Assembly (NCBI GenBank): GCA_036393575.1
Contig: DASWGT010000086.1
Location: 3,141-67,140, forward strand
DNA from: Rhodospirillales bacterium
GTDB taxonomy: Bacteria > Pseudomonadota > Alphaproteobacteria > Rhodospirillales > Casp-alpha2
Length of the DNA stretch: 64,000 bases
Direction: 5' to 3'
Positions 52,194 to 61,195 of this stretch are shown in pieces. A model generated the notes under the pieces. The model was not told where the DNA came from. It made no database searches and saw only the letters and a program-made list of their open reading frames with translations. The translations under genes were made by a program, and so were the position numbers. Numbering within the stretch: the first letter of the stretch is position 1; every line of letters begins with the position of its first letter.

Positions 52194-52209
52194 TGTGCAT
52201 TTTTGCACA
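52194..52209. promoter_or_regulatory. inverted repeat TGTGCA-N4-TGCACA, candidate LysR-type operator in an AT-rich promoter region
   Basis: This is a perfect 6-4-6 palindrome 22 nt after the LysR stop. It sits in the unusually AT-rich 52173-52300 segment upstream of the ABC transporter operon. The functional assignment is inferred. Confidence 0.3.
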
Positions 52210-52378
52210 TTGGGTTTCCGATTTTTGTCTTTCATTCTGCAAGAAACTTCATCATCGTCTTGATATCAGCGGCGCAATAAACTGGAAAACGGCGGCTGCC
52301 TGGTTGATCGCCACGCCGTGCCGGACCGTGGACCGGCGCCCGCTGGTCCCGAACGGCGACCGCAAGGGAGAGGCTTCG

Positions 52379-53239
52379 GTGTCCGATCTCGTCATCATCC
52401 TGGCCATGAACGGCCTGGTGTGGGGGCTGATCATCGCGCTCATCGCGCTCGGGCTGTCCATCATCTTCGGGCTTCTCGACATCATCAACGTGGCGCACGG
52501 CGATTTCTTCATGGTCGGCACGGTGTTCGCCTGGACTGTGATCTTGATTACCGGCAACTTCTGGCTCGCGTTCCTGATCGTGCCGTTGATCGGCATGCTG
52601 CTCGGCTCGCTGGTCGAGCGCACGGTGATCCGGCCGGTCGAGAACTCGGCGGCGCTCAGCATCGTTGCCACCTTCGGGCTCAGCCTGATCCTGCAGGAAG
52701 CCGTGCGCGCCACCTTCGGCGCCACCCCGAAGCGGATCCTGGATCCGATCGGCGTCACCATCCCGGTGCTCGGCCTCGACTACCAGGTGTACCGCCTGTT
52801 CGCCGCCGCGATCGCCATCGCCGCCATCGTCGCCTTCTTCCTGTTCCTGCACCGCACCAAGTTCGGCACCTGGATGCGCGCTACCCGTCAGGACCGCGAC
52901 ACCGCCATCGCCATGGGCGTGCCGTCGAACCGCATCTTCGTCGTCACCTTCGGTCTCGGCACCGCGATGGCCATGCTGGGCGGCGTGGTGGCGGCACCGA
53001 TCACCACCGTCGAATTCCGCTTAGGGCTGGACGTGCTGCCGCTGTGCTTCATGGCGGTGATCATCGGCGGGCTCGGCAATCTTCCCGGCACGGCGGCGGC
53101 GGCGGTGTTGCTGGCTTTCGTCGAGGGCATCATCACCAGTTTCGCCGAGCCGACGACGGCGCGCATCTTCTCGCTGATCTTCATGAGCGGCGTGCTGCTG
53201 CTTCGCCCGCAGGGCATTTTCGCGAGGTCGACCCGGTGA
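52379..53239 (+). CDS. livH: branched-chain amino acid/amide-type ABC transporter permease (LivH family)
   Basis: 286 aa from GTG 52379 after AAGGGAGAGG. It has the LivH pattern LNGLVWGLIIALIALGLSIIFGLLDIINVAHGDFFMVG. Confidence 0.85.
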   Translation: MSDLVIILAMNGLVWGLIIALIALGLSIIFGLLDIINVAHGDFFMVGTVFAWTVILITGNFWLAFLIVPLIGMLLGSLVERTVIRPVENSAALSIVATFGLSLILQEAVRATFGATPKRILDPIGVTIPVLGLDYQVYRLFAAAIAIAAIVAFFLFLHRTKFGTWMRATRQDRDTAIAMGVPSNRIFVVTFGLGTAMAMLGGVVAAPITTVEFRLGLDVLPLCFMAVIIGGLGNLPGTAAAAVLLAFVEGIITSFAEPTTARIFSLIFMSGVLLLRPQGIFARSTR

Positions 53240-54261
53240 CGGCGGCGGGCGTCGCGCCCGCCGGGCCGACGCCCGGCGCATTCTTTGCCGCCGGCGCCAC
53301 CGGCTGGGGCTTCGGCGCGCTCGCCCTCGCGCTCGCCCTGTTGCCACTGGTGGTGCCCGACTATCAGCAGGTGTTCGTCGCCGAAATCCTGGTGTGGGGC
53401 CTGTTTGCGATGTCGTTCGCAATCGTGTTCGGATTCGGCGGCATGCTGTCGTTCTCGCAAGCGGTGTTTTTCGGCATGGGCTGCTACGGCTTCAACGTCG
53501 GCACCCTCTATTTCGGCTTCAACACCTGGGGCGCGGTGGCTTCCGCCGTGCTCGCCGCGGCTCTGTTCGCGCTGCCGGTCGGCTATATCGCCACCCGGGT
53601 GCGCCACCACCATTTCCTGATCGTCACCGTCATCATTTCGGTGCTGGTGACGACGGTGCTCGAATCCGGGCACTGGCGTTGGATCGCCGGGCCCTATGTC
53701 ACGGTGTCGCTGACATTCGTGCCGGAGGTGCCGCTCGGGATCGCCAGCTTCAGCTTCATCAACGAATGGGTCGCCTATTATTTCACCGTGGTTATGGTGG
53801 CGGCGGCGTTCTTCCTCGCCTGGCGGATCGTCCATTCGCCGTTCGGCCGCGCCATGCTGGCGATCAAGGACAACGAGATGCGGGCGCAGATGATCGGGCT
53901 CAACGTCAACAAGCTTCGCTGGATGCTGTTCGTCATCGCCGCCGGCATCGCCGGGCACGCTGGCGCGCTGTATGCGCTGCTGGCCCGTTACACGAACTTG
54001 GAGTTCTTTCACTGGATCTATTCCGGCAAGGCCATCGTCATGGCGATGATCGGCGGCGTCGGTTCGCTGGTCGGGCCGTTCATCGGCACCGCCTTCTACA
54101 TGTTGTCGACCGAGTATCTGTCGCGCTACTTCCAGCAATTCATCATCGTGTTCGGGTTCATCCTGCTGCTGGTCATCCGCTACGCGCCGGACGGCATCTG
54201 GGGCATGGTGTTGCGCGGCGTCAGGGAATTGGGACGTAATGGGCAGGCTTCGAAATCTTGA
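53236..54261 (+). CDS. livM: ABC transporter permease (LivM family), copy 1
   Basis: 341 aa with a GTG start overlapping the upstream stop (GTGA). It has the LivM pattern GGMLSFSQAVFFGMGCYG. Confidence 0.8.
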   Translation: MTAAGVAPAGPTPGAFFAAGATGWGFGALALALALLPLVVPDYQQVFVAEILVWGLFAMSFAIVFGFGGMLSFSQAVFFGMGCYGFNVGTLYFGFNTWGAVASAVLAAALFALPVGYIATRVRHHHFLIVTVIISVLVTTVLESGHWRWIAGPYVTVSLTFVPEVPLGIASFSFINEWVAYYFTVVMVAAAFFLAWRIVHSPFGRAMLAIKDNEMRAQMIGLNVNKLRWMLFVIAAGIAGHAGALYALLARYTNLEFFHWIYSGKAIVMAMIGGVGSLVGPFIGTAFYMLSTEYLSRYFQQFIIVFGFILLLVIRYAPDGIWGMVLRGVRELGRNGQASKS

Positions 54262-55246
54262 ACCGATGCAGGTCCTGGGCCTGCTGGGCGCGCTGTTCTT
54301 TCTGACGGCGCCTTACGCGCTGCCGCTGGTGGTTCCTGACTTCTGGGTCAACATCACGGCCGAGATCATGATTTGGGCCCTGTTCGCGGCCAGCGTCAAC
54401 CTGCTGTTCGGGTACACCGGGCTGCTGTCGTTCGGCCAGGCGCTATATTTCGGCATGGGCGCCTATGGGGTCGCGCTGTCGATCGAGTTTTTCCACTTCT
54501 CGTTCTGGCCGGCGGCGCTGACCGGCATCGCGGTGGCGACGCTGAGCGCCTTCATCACCGGCATCTTCGCGGCTCGCCTGACGTGGCATTACTTCGCCAT
54601 CATCACCATCGTGTTCTCGTTGATCTTCTTCTTCTTCGCCGTCGGCTGGAAGGACGTTACCGGCGGCGACGACGGGATGCCGTTCACCATACCGCCAGTG
54701 CTGAAGGTCGGCGGCCTCGAGTTGAGCCTGCTCGACCTAACGTTCCAGTATTATTTCATCCTGGCGGTCGTCGGCGCCTGCTTCGGGATGATGCATCTGC
54801 TCCTGAGAAGCCCGCTCGGCTACGCCTTCATCGCGGTGCGCGAGAATACGGCCAGGGCCGGTCTCGTCGGCTACAACGCCTATATGGTGCGGCTGTTATC
54901 GTTCGTCTTCTCGGGCTTCTTCGCCGGCGTCTCGGGAGTGCTGTTCGCGCTGTTCTCGCGCTACGCGTCGGCGCATTTCCTGTTCTGGACGGTGTCGGGC
55001 GAGGGCGTGGTGTGGGCCATCGTTGGCGGCGCCGGCACGCTGTTCGGCCCGGTCCTCGGCACCGCGTTCCTGATCGTTATCCGCGAAGAACTGAGCGCCT
55101 ATTGGGAGCACTACCTGCTGGTCGTCGGCGTCATTGTCATCCTGTTCGTGACCTATGCGCCGGACGGCATCATGGGGCTCTTGAAAAAAGCCATCGCCCG
55201 CTACGCGCGGCCGGCGGCCGGTGATGGAAAGGGGGCCAGGCCATGA
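54239..55246 (+). CDS. livM: ABC transporter permease (LivM family), copy 2
   Basis: 335 aa from ATG 54239, with a 23-nt overlap; ATG 54266 is an alternative start. It has the LivM pattern GYTGLLSFGQALYFGMGAYG. Confidence 0.8.
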   Translation: MGRLRNLEPMQVLGLLGALFFLTAPYALPLVVPDFWVNITAEIMIWALFAASVNLLFGYTGLLSFGQALYFGMGAYGVALSIEFFHFSFWPAALTGIAVATLSAFITGIFAARLTWHYFAIITIVFSLIFFFFAVGWKDVTGGDDGMPFTIPPVLKVGGLELSLLDLTFQYYFILAVVGACFGMMHLLLRSPLGYAFIAVRENTARAGLVGYNAYMVRLLSFVFSGFFAGVSGVLFALFSRYASAHFLFWTVSGEGVVWAIVGGAGTLFGPVLGTAFLIVIREELSAYWEHYLLVVGVIVILFVTYAPDGIMGLLKKAIARYARPAAGDGKGARP

Positions 55247-56010
55247 CCGGGCCGGTGCTCGAGACCCAGGGCCTGACCAAGAGCTTCGGTGGCCTGGTCG
55301 CCGTCGACCATGTCGACTTCACGCTGCCGGGCGGCGGACTGCACGCCATCATCGGTCCCAACGGCGCCGGCAAGACGACGTTCTTCAATCTGATCTCGGG
55401 ATTCCTGCCGGCGACCTCCGGGCGGGTGGTGTTCAACGGCCAGGACATCATCGGCAAAAGGCCGCATGAGATCAGCCGCCTCGGCATCGCCCGCACGCTG
55501 CAGATCAAGAGCGTCTTCAACGGGCTTACCGTCATCGACAACGTTTGGATCGCGGCCAAGGGCCAGTCCCGCTTCCTGCACCCGTTCCGTCCCGCCTCCA
55601 GCTATACCGACGTCGCCCGCGAGGCCGAAGCATTGCTCGACGACATCGGACTCGCCGGCCATCGCGACGAGATCGCCGGCAACCTATCGTACGGCGACAT
55701 CGCGCTCCTCGAGATCGCCATCGCGTTGGCGACCAAGCCCAAGCTGCTGCTGCTCGACGAGCCGGTGTCGGGCATGAGCCCAAACGAGACCCAGCGCACG
55801 GTCGAGATCATCAAGAACGTCTCCAAGCGGCTCGACGTCATCCTCATCGAGCACGACATGGAGGTGGTGTTCGGCGTCGCCGACGTAATCACGGTGATGA
55901 CACAGGGCGCGATCCTGTGCCAGGGATCGCCGGATGCCGTGGCCAAGGATACGCGCGTCCAGGAAGCGTATCTGGGCACGCCCGAAGACGAGGAGACGGC
56001 CGGTGCTTAA
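55243..56010 (+). CDS. livG: ABC transporter ATP-binding protein (LivG family)
   Basis: 255 aa with an ATGA overlap. It has Walker A GPNGAGKTT, the signature LSYGD, and Walker B LLLLDEP. Confidence 0.9.
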   Translation: MTGPVLETQGLTKSFGGLVAVDHVDFTLPGGGLHAIIGPNGAGKTTFFNLISGFLPATSGRVVFNGQDIIGKRPHEISRLGIARTLQIKSVFNGLTVIDNVWIAAKGQSRFLHPFRPASSYTDVAREAEALLDDIGLAGHRDEIAGNLSYGDIALLEIAIALATKPKLLLLDEPVSGMSPNETQRTVEIIKNVSKRLDVILIEHDMEVVFGVADVITVMTQGAILCQGSPDAVAKDTRVQEAYLGTPEDEETAGA

Positions 56011-56710
56011 GCTCGAGGGGCTGCACACTCATTACGGCAAGAGCCACGTGCTGCGGGGCGTCGACCTCGAAGTGAAGGACGGCGAGGCGGTGGCGCTGTT
56101 GGGGCGAAACGGCGTCGGCAAGACGACGACGCTGCGCAGCATTATGGGCCTGACCAAGCCCTCGGGCGGCGCCGTTACCTTCGCCGGCACCCGGCTCGAC
56201 CGCATCCAGCCGCACCTGATCTCCGGCCTCGGCCTCGGCTACGTGCCGCAGGGGCGGCGCATCTTCCCCAACCTCAGCGTGCTGGAGAATCTGTGCATCG
56301 GGCTCGCCCGGCCGCCGAGCAAAGCGACCCTCGACGAGATCTACGCCCAGTTCTCGATCCTCGAGGAGCGCGCCGACCAGTCGGGCGGCACGCTGTCGGG
56401 TGGCGAGCAGCAGATGTTGGCGATCGCGCGTTGCCTGATCATGAAGCCGAAGATGCTGCTGTTGGACGAACCCACCGAAGGCATCATGCCGAAGATGGTG
56501 GCGACGCTGAAGCACAAGATCCGCGCCGTCAACGAGGCCGGCATATCCATCCTGCTGGTCGAGCAAAACTTCGTGATGGCCTTAGCCCTCTGCCCGCGTA
56601 TCTACATCATGGAAAAGGGTGTAATATGCTACCAGGGCACGGCCCAAGAACTCCACGACAACTCCGACATCGCGCACCGCTTTTTGGGCGTTGCTGTCGA
56701 CAACCGTTGA
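56003..56710 (+). CDS. livF: ABC transporter ATP-binding protein (LivF family)
   Basis: 235 aa from GTG 56003, overlapping livG by 8 nt. It has Walker A GRNGVGKTT, the signature LSGGEQQ, and Walker B MLLLDEP. Confidence 0.9.
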   Translation: MLKLEGLHTHYGKSHVLRGVDLEVKDGEAVALLGRNGVGKTTTLRSIMGLTKPSGGAVTFAGTRLDRIQPHLISGLGLGYVPQGRRIFPNLSVLENLCIGLARPPSKATLDEIYAQFSILEERADQSGGTLSGGEQQMLAIARCLIMKPKMLLLDEPTEGIMPKMVATLKHKIRAVNEAGISILLVEQNFVMALALCPRIYIMEKGVICYQGTAQELHDNSDIAHRFLGVAVDNR

Positions 56711-56738
56711 AAGTTTGATTTTTACAGGGAGAAGAACC

Positions 56739-58022
56739 ATGAAGAAGAAGACGTCACGGCGAAGTTTCATGAAAATGGTGTTGGCGGGCGGCGTGCTGGG
56801 TCAGGGGCTGAACCTGACGCTGGCCCGCGACTTGTTCGCCAAGCCGACGGGTGCGCCGATCATCATCGGCCACCAGTGCGACCTCACGGGCGGCATCTCG
56901 TCGTGGGGCTACTGGCTCGACAAGGCGGCCAAGGCGGCGTGCGACCACCTGAACGCCAACAACGGCATCGCCGGCCGGCCGGTCGAATACGTGGTCGAAG
57001 ACACCGAGACCAACCCGCCCACCGGGGCCCGCAAGTTCCGCTCGCTGGTGCAGCGCTCGAAGGCCGATTTCGTCATCGGCTCGGTGCACTCCGGCGTCAA
57101 TCTCGCCACGGTGCCAATCGCCAAGGAGCTGAAGACCATCTACATCCCGCAGGGCATGGCCAACGAGATGACCGGCGCCAAGGGCAACCGCTACACCTTC
57201 CGCGTCGGCAGCGACACCTATTCGCAGGCCGCCGCCGGTGCCGCCTGGGCGCTCAAGAACCTGGGCAAGAAGTGGAGCTTCATCTTCGCCGATTACGGCT
57301 GGGGCTGGAGCCACTTCAAGGAGCACGAGGCGGTGCTGAAGGGCCTCGGCGGCGCGAAGATCAACGCGCCGATCGCCGTGCCGCTGGATGCCAAGGACCT
57401 GCTGCCGTATCTGGCCAAGGTGGAGAAGGATACCGAACAGCTCTACTCAATATTCTTCGGCTCGCAATCGGTGGCCTACTACACCCAGTCGAAGTCGCTC
57501 GGCATGGATAAGCGAATGAACCGCTATTCGGTCCTGTGCACCCACGAATCCATCTCGCCGAAGGAGATGGCGGGCGCCTCGGAAGGCATCTTCCTCCTCG
57601 AGTACCACCCGCGCATGCTCAAGTACAAGGATACGCCACACAACAAGAAGGTCCGCGCGCTGATGAAGGTGGATCCGGTGGACGCCCGCGAGGACGGATC
57701 CAACCGCATTCTCGCCAGCAGCCACTACTGGGCGACCTGGGAGAGCGTCTTCTTCATCCAGAAGGCGATCGAGAAGTCGGGCTGGAACGCCAAGAAGGAC
57801 ACGCCCGAGTTCATCAAGGCGCTCGAGGGCATGCAAGTGGAGGAATCCTTCGAGCACCCGCAGGGCAACAAGGTCATGCGGGCCAAGGACCACAAGGCGG
57901 TGATCGACTTCTACATGAGTCGGATCGAGAACGGTGAAATCCACGTCAAGCACAACATTCCGGCGGCCGACGTGGAAAGCCGCTTCCCGCCACAGTTCGA
58001 CTTCACCAAGGAGTCGTTCTAA
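56739..58022 (+). CDS. ABC transporter periplasmic substrate-binding protein (LivK/amide-binding family) with Tat-like signal
   Basis: 427 aa with a twin-arginine-type leader KKKTSRRSFMKMVLAGGVLG. It has a type I PBP pattern (IIIGHQCDLTGGISSWG, VVEDTETNP). Confidence 0.85.
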   Translation: MKKKTSRRSFMKMVLAGGVLGQGLNLTLARDLFAKPTGAPIIIGHQCDLTGGISSWGYWLDKAAKAACDHLNANNGIAGRPVEYVVEDTETNPPTGARKFRSLVQRSKADFVIGSVHSGVNLATVPIAKELKTIYIPQGMANEMTGAKGNRYTFRVGSDTYSQAAAGAAWALKNLGKKWSFIFADYGWGWSHFKEHEAVLKGLGGAKINAPIAVPLDAKDLLPYLAKVEKDTEQLYSIFFGSQSVAYYTQSKSLGMDKRMNRYSVLCTHESISPKEMAGASEGIFLLEYHPRMLKYKDTPHNKKVRALMKVDPVDAREDGSNRILASSHYWATWESVFFIQKAIEKSGWNAKKDTPEFIKALEGMQVEESFEHPQGNKVMRAKDHKAVIDFYMSRIENGEIHVKHNIPAADVESRFPPQFDFTKESF

Positions 58023-58034
58023 AGGAGCAAGCTT

Positions 58035-58078
58035 CCCGGGGCGGTAGGCGTGTCGCCGCCCCGGGGGTCTTTCTAGTT
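58035..58078 (+). terminator. candidate intrinsic terminator/attenuator between the binding-protein gene and the nitrilase gene
   Basis: A perfect 10-bp stem, CCCGGGGCGG (58035-58044) paired with CCGCCCCGGG (58056-58065), with an 11-nt loop. It is followed by the T-rich GGTCTTTCTAGTTT. Confidence 0.4.
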
Positions 58079-58105
58079 TCGATCACTGGAACGAGGGGTA
58101 TTTCG

Positions 58106-59170
58106 ATGCAGACTTATCCCGTCTACAAGGTGGCGGCCGCCCACGTGGCGCCGGTGTTCCTCGACACCCCGGCCACGGTGGAGAAGGCGTGCGCGCTGAT
58201 CGCCGAAGCCGCCCGGAACGGCGCCCGACTGATCGCCTTTCCGGAAACCTACGTGCCGGCGTTTCCGGTGTGGGCGGCGCTGCGGGCGCCGATTTACAAC
58301 CACGATTTGTTCAAGCGGCTGGCAGCGAGCGCGGTTCGGGTGCCGGGTCCGGAGGTGGCGAAGATCTCGGCCGCCGCCAAGAAGGCCGGCATCTTTGTCT
58401 CCATCGGCATCAACGAGGGCACGGCGGCGAGCGTCGGCTGCATATGGAATTCGAACATCTTGATCGGCGACGACGGCGCCATCCTCAACCACCACCGCAA
58501 GATCGTCCCGACGTACTTCGAGAAGCTCATCTGGGCCAACGGCGACGGCGCCGGCCTGCGCGTCGTCGATACGGCCCTCGGGCGCATCGGCGCGCTGATT
58601 TGCGGCGAGAACACCAACCCGCTCGCCCGCTTCACCCTGATGGCCGAGGGCGAGCAACTGCACATCTCCAGCTACCCGCCGGTGTGGCCGACCCGCGATC
58701 CGAAGGGCGGCGGCAACTACGACCTCGCCGCCGCCATCCGCGTGCGCGCAGGCGCCCATTCGTTCGAGGCCAAGTGCTTCACCATCGTTGCCTCGGGCTT
58801 CATGGACAAGGCGATGCGCGACCAGCTCGCAGGGCTCGACAAGGAGGCCGGAAGGATCCTGGATAACAGTCCGCACGGCGTCTCCATGGTGCTGGCGCCC
58901 GACGCCTTGATCGTCGGCGACACCATCAGCGGCGAGGAGGGTATACTTTACGCCCAAATCGACCTCGAGGCCTGCGTCGAACCGAAACAGTTCCACGACG
59001 TCGTCGGCTACTACAACCGCTTCGACATTTTCAAGCTCACCGTCGACCGTTCGCGCAATCGGCCGGTGACATTCGCCGCCGAAGACGTGATCGGCGAAGC
59101 CGCCGCCACGTCGACGGCGGGCGAAGGCCGCGGCCGCCGCGGCCCGACGAAGCTGGAGATCGCGGGATGA
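58106..59170 (+). CDS. nitrilase/cyanide hydratase family carbon-nitrogen hydrolase
   Basis: 354 aa. The Glu-Lys-Cys triad contexts are AFPETYVP, HHRKIVPT and ALICGENTNP. Note CGEN in place of the more usual CWE(N/H). Confidence 0.85.
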   Translation: MQTYPVYKVAAAHVAPVFLDTPATVEKACALIAEAARNGARLIAFPETYVPAFPVWAALRAPIYNHDLFKRLAASAVRVPGPEVAKISAAAKKAGIFVSIGINEGTAASVGCIWNSNILIGDDGAILNHHRKIVPTYFEKLIWANGDGAGLRVVDTALGRIGALICGENTNPLARFTLMAEGEQLHISSYPPVWPTRDPKGGGNYDLAAAIRVRAGAHSFEAKCFTIVASGFMDKAMRDQLAGLDKEAGRILDNSPHGVSMVLAPDALIVGDTISGEEGILYAQIDLEACVEPKQFHDVVGYYNRFDIFKLTVDRSRNRPVTFAAEDVIGEAAATSTAGEGRGRRGPTKLEIAG

Positions 59171-59805
59171 TGCGCGCCGCCGTGCAAAAAGCCGCAACCG
59201 CCGCCGCGCCGGGCGCGGTGTTGCCCGCCCGCGCGTTGTGGGTCGGCGGCATGGTGGCGCTGGTGCTGGCCCTGCCGCCGCTGATCTACGCGGTGCTGGC
59301 CTGGCGACAGGCCGGCTTCCTCAACGTCAGTGGGTTCATCCCCTACGAGGAACTGATGGGCGCCATCGAATCCGGCGAGCCCGGGCTGGTGCTGCTGTCG
59401 TCGCTGGTGTCGGTGAACATGACCAGCGGAGACATCCTCGCCAATATGTACCAGTTGACGGTCGAGCAGCTGCTGTTGTCGGCGGCGTTAGGGGCGGCGG
59501 TCGGGCTCACCATCGACGCCCAGGTCCGGCTCAGCAAGGCGTGCGCGCCGGGCGCCGTCGGCGGCTCGGCGGCGGCGGCCGGCTCCGGCCTCGCCGCCAC
59601 GGTGGCGGCATCGTCGACCGGCATCCTCGGCTGCTGCGGCTCGGGGCTGGCCGGCGGCGTGTTGGCGCTCGCCGGCATCACCGGCGGCACCGCCGCCCAA
59701 ATCGCCGAGTATTCGCATTTCGTGCAGCTGGCGCTGATCGCGCTGTTCGCGCTCGCCTACGTGCGCTTCGCCCGCCGCCTGAAGGCACTCGCCGGCACGA
59801 CTTGA
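59167..59805 (+). CDS. hypothetical integral membrane protein with a GCCGSG motif
   Basis: 212 aa with an ATGA overlap with the nitrilase gene. It has about 4 TM helices, Gly/Ala/Ser-rich helices and the cysteines KACAPG and GILGCCGSGLAGG. I do not recognise a family. Confidence 0.55.
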   Translation: MMRAAVQKAATAAAPGAVLPARALWVGGMVALVLALPPLIYAVLAWRQAGFLNVSGFIPYEELMGAIESGEPGLVLLSSLVSVNMTSGDILANMYQLTVEQLLLSAALGAAVGLTIDAQVRLSKACAPGAVGGSAAAAGSGLAATVAASSTGILGCCGSGLAGGVLALAGITGGTAAQIAEYSHFVQLALIALFALAYVRFARRLKALAGTT

Positions 59806-59840
59806 CCGGCCAACCCGGCGGCGCTGCATGGCTGCCGGAC

Positions 59841-60605
59841 TTACCGACCGAGCTGGGCGTAGACGGCGTCGGCCAGCTTCAACAGTTCCGGGCGCGTCAT
59901 CTTGCCGGCGAGCGCGTAGCCGAGCGGCCCGTCGATCCAGTAAAAGACGGCGACGCCTTTCTCCTCGGCGTATCGGAACGCGGTCTTTCCGCGCTGCGCC
60001 GGATCGGTGACCACGTAGAGCGTCAGGCGGCGGCCGCCCTTGTCTTCGTACATGAACTGGGCCGCCGGCCCGTCCGTCGCCGATAGCAGCCGGCCGCCGA
60101 CCAGCAGATAGCCGACGTCGGCCAAGCGCGGCGCTTTCAGCGGCGCGCCGAGCACGTTCGACAGCCACCGCACGAGATGCGCCTCCTGGTCGGCTCGCAC
60201 CTCGACCGGGTGCAGCTTCTGCGGCGTGAACACGGCATGGGCGACCACGGCCTGGTGGACCACCGCGGTGCCGGGCGCGGCCGCCGGCGTGAGCATCCCG
60301 CCGGCCTGCCAGCCGAGGGCGCCGCCGGCGACCAGCAGTACCGTCGCCGCGGCGGCCCAACGCGCATGCAGCGTCCGGCGGCTCGCCGTCGGCAACCCGA
60401 GTTGCCGCGGCAACGGCTCCTTGAGGATCGGGTCGAACGCGGCCTTGAGCGCTGTCTTCTGCGCCCGATAGGCGGCGACGCGGGCGGCCGCCTCGGGGTT
60501 TTCGGTAAGGTACGCCGCCACCTCGCGCTGCCGGGCCTCGTCGAGCTGGCCGTCGACGAAGGCATGCAGGTCCATCTCGCTCACGGGTTCGGAAGGTCTG
60601 GTCAT
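59841..60605 (-). CDS. anti-sigma factor (cytoplasmic anti-sigma domain, one TM, periplasmic domain)
   Basis: 254 aa, overlapping the sigma gene by 4 nt. The N-terminus is LHAFVDGQLDEARQREVAAYLTENPEAAARVAAYRAQ, typical of ECF anti-sigma factors, followed by a TM helix (WAAAATVLLVAGGALGW). Confidence 0.75.
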   Translation of the reverse strand: MTRPSEPVSEMDLHAFVDGQLDEARQREVAAYLTENPEAAARVAAYRAQKTALKAAFDPILKEPLPRQLGLPTASRRTLHARWAAAATVLLVAGGALGWQAGGMLTPAAAPGTAVVHQAVVAHAVFTPQKLHPVEVRADQEAHLVRWLSNVLGAPLKAPRLADVGYLLVGGRLLSATDGPAAQFMYEDKGGRRLTLYVVTDPAQRGKTAFRYAEEKGVAVFYWIDGPLGYALAGKMTRPELLKLADAVYAQLGR

Positions 60606-61147
60606 CGCTTTCGTCCCAGTTGGCTGTCGCGGGTTTCGTTGCCGGGATTATCGACGGGATTCACCATCATCTCCCGCAGCCGCTCGCGTCCGCGGTGGAT
60701 CCGCGACATCAGCGTGCCGACGGGGATGTCGAGGACGGCAGCCGCCTCCCCATAGCTCATCTCCTCGACCGAGATCAGCAGAATCGCGGCGCGTTGTGGC
60801 TCCGGCAGGCGGCCGAACGCCTGCCACAGGTCGCGGACGTTCAATTCGTCCTCCTGCGTCGGCCGCACCGGCAAATCCGCCGCCGCGGCGTCGAACGACC
60901 CCGGCTGGCTGTTGCGCCGGCGGGCGGCGTTGATGTGCAGGTTGTGCAGGATGGTGAACAGCCAGCCGCGGATGTTGGTGCCGGCCCGCCACAGATGCAT
61001 CCGGCTCCACGCCCGCTCCAGGCAGTCCTGCACCAGATCATCAGCCTGCTCGCGATCCCCCACCAGCGCCCGCGCGTAGCGGCGCAAGTGGGGGATCTGA
61101 TCGACGATCAACTGACGTACCTCCGGCATCGGCCGAGCATAGCGCAA
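60602..61147 (-). CDS. ECF-type RNA polymerase sigma-70 family factor
   Basis: 181 aa. Region 2 is ADDLVQDCLERAW...WLFTILHNLHINAARR. Region 4 is EEMSYGEAAAVLDIPVGTLMSRIHRGRERL. Confidence 0.85.
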   Translation of the reverse strand: MRYARPMPEVRQLIVDQIPHLRRYARALVGDREQADDLVQDCLERAWSRMHLWRAGTNIRGWLFTILHNLHINAARRRNSQPGSFDAAAADLPVRPTQEDELNVRDLWQAFGRLPEPQRAAILLISVEEMSYGEAAAVLDIPVGTLMSRIHRGRERLREMMVNPVDNPGNETRDSQLGRKR

Positions 61148-61195
61148 ATTCGCCCCGTCTGGGGCGGCGCTTTGCCCGGTGACGCCGGCAAAGGG

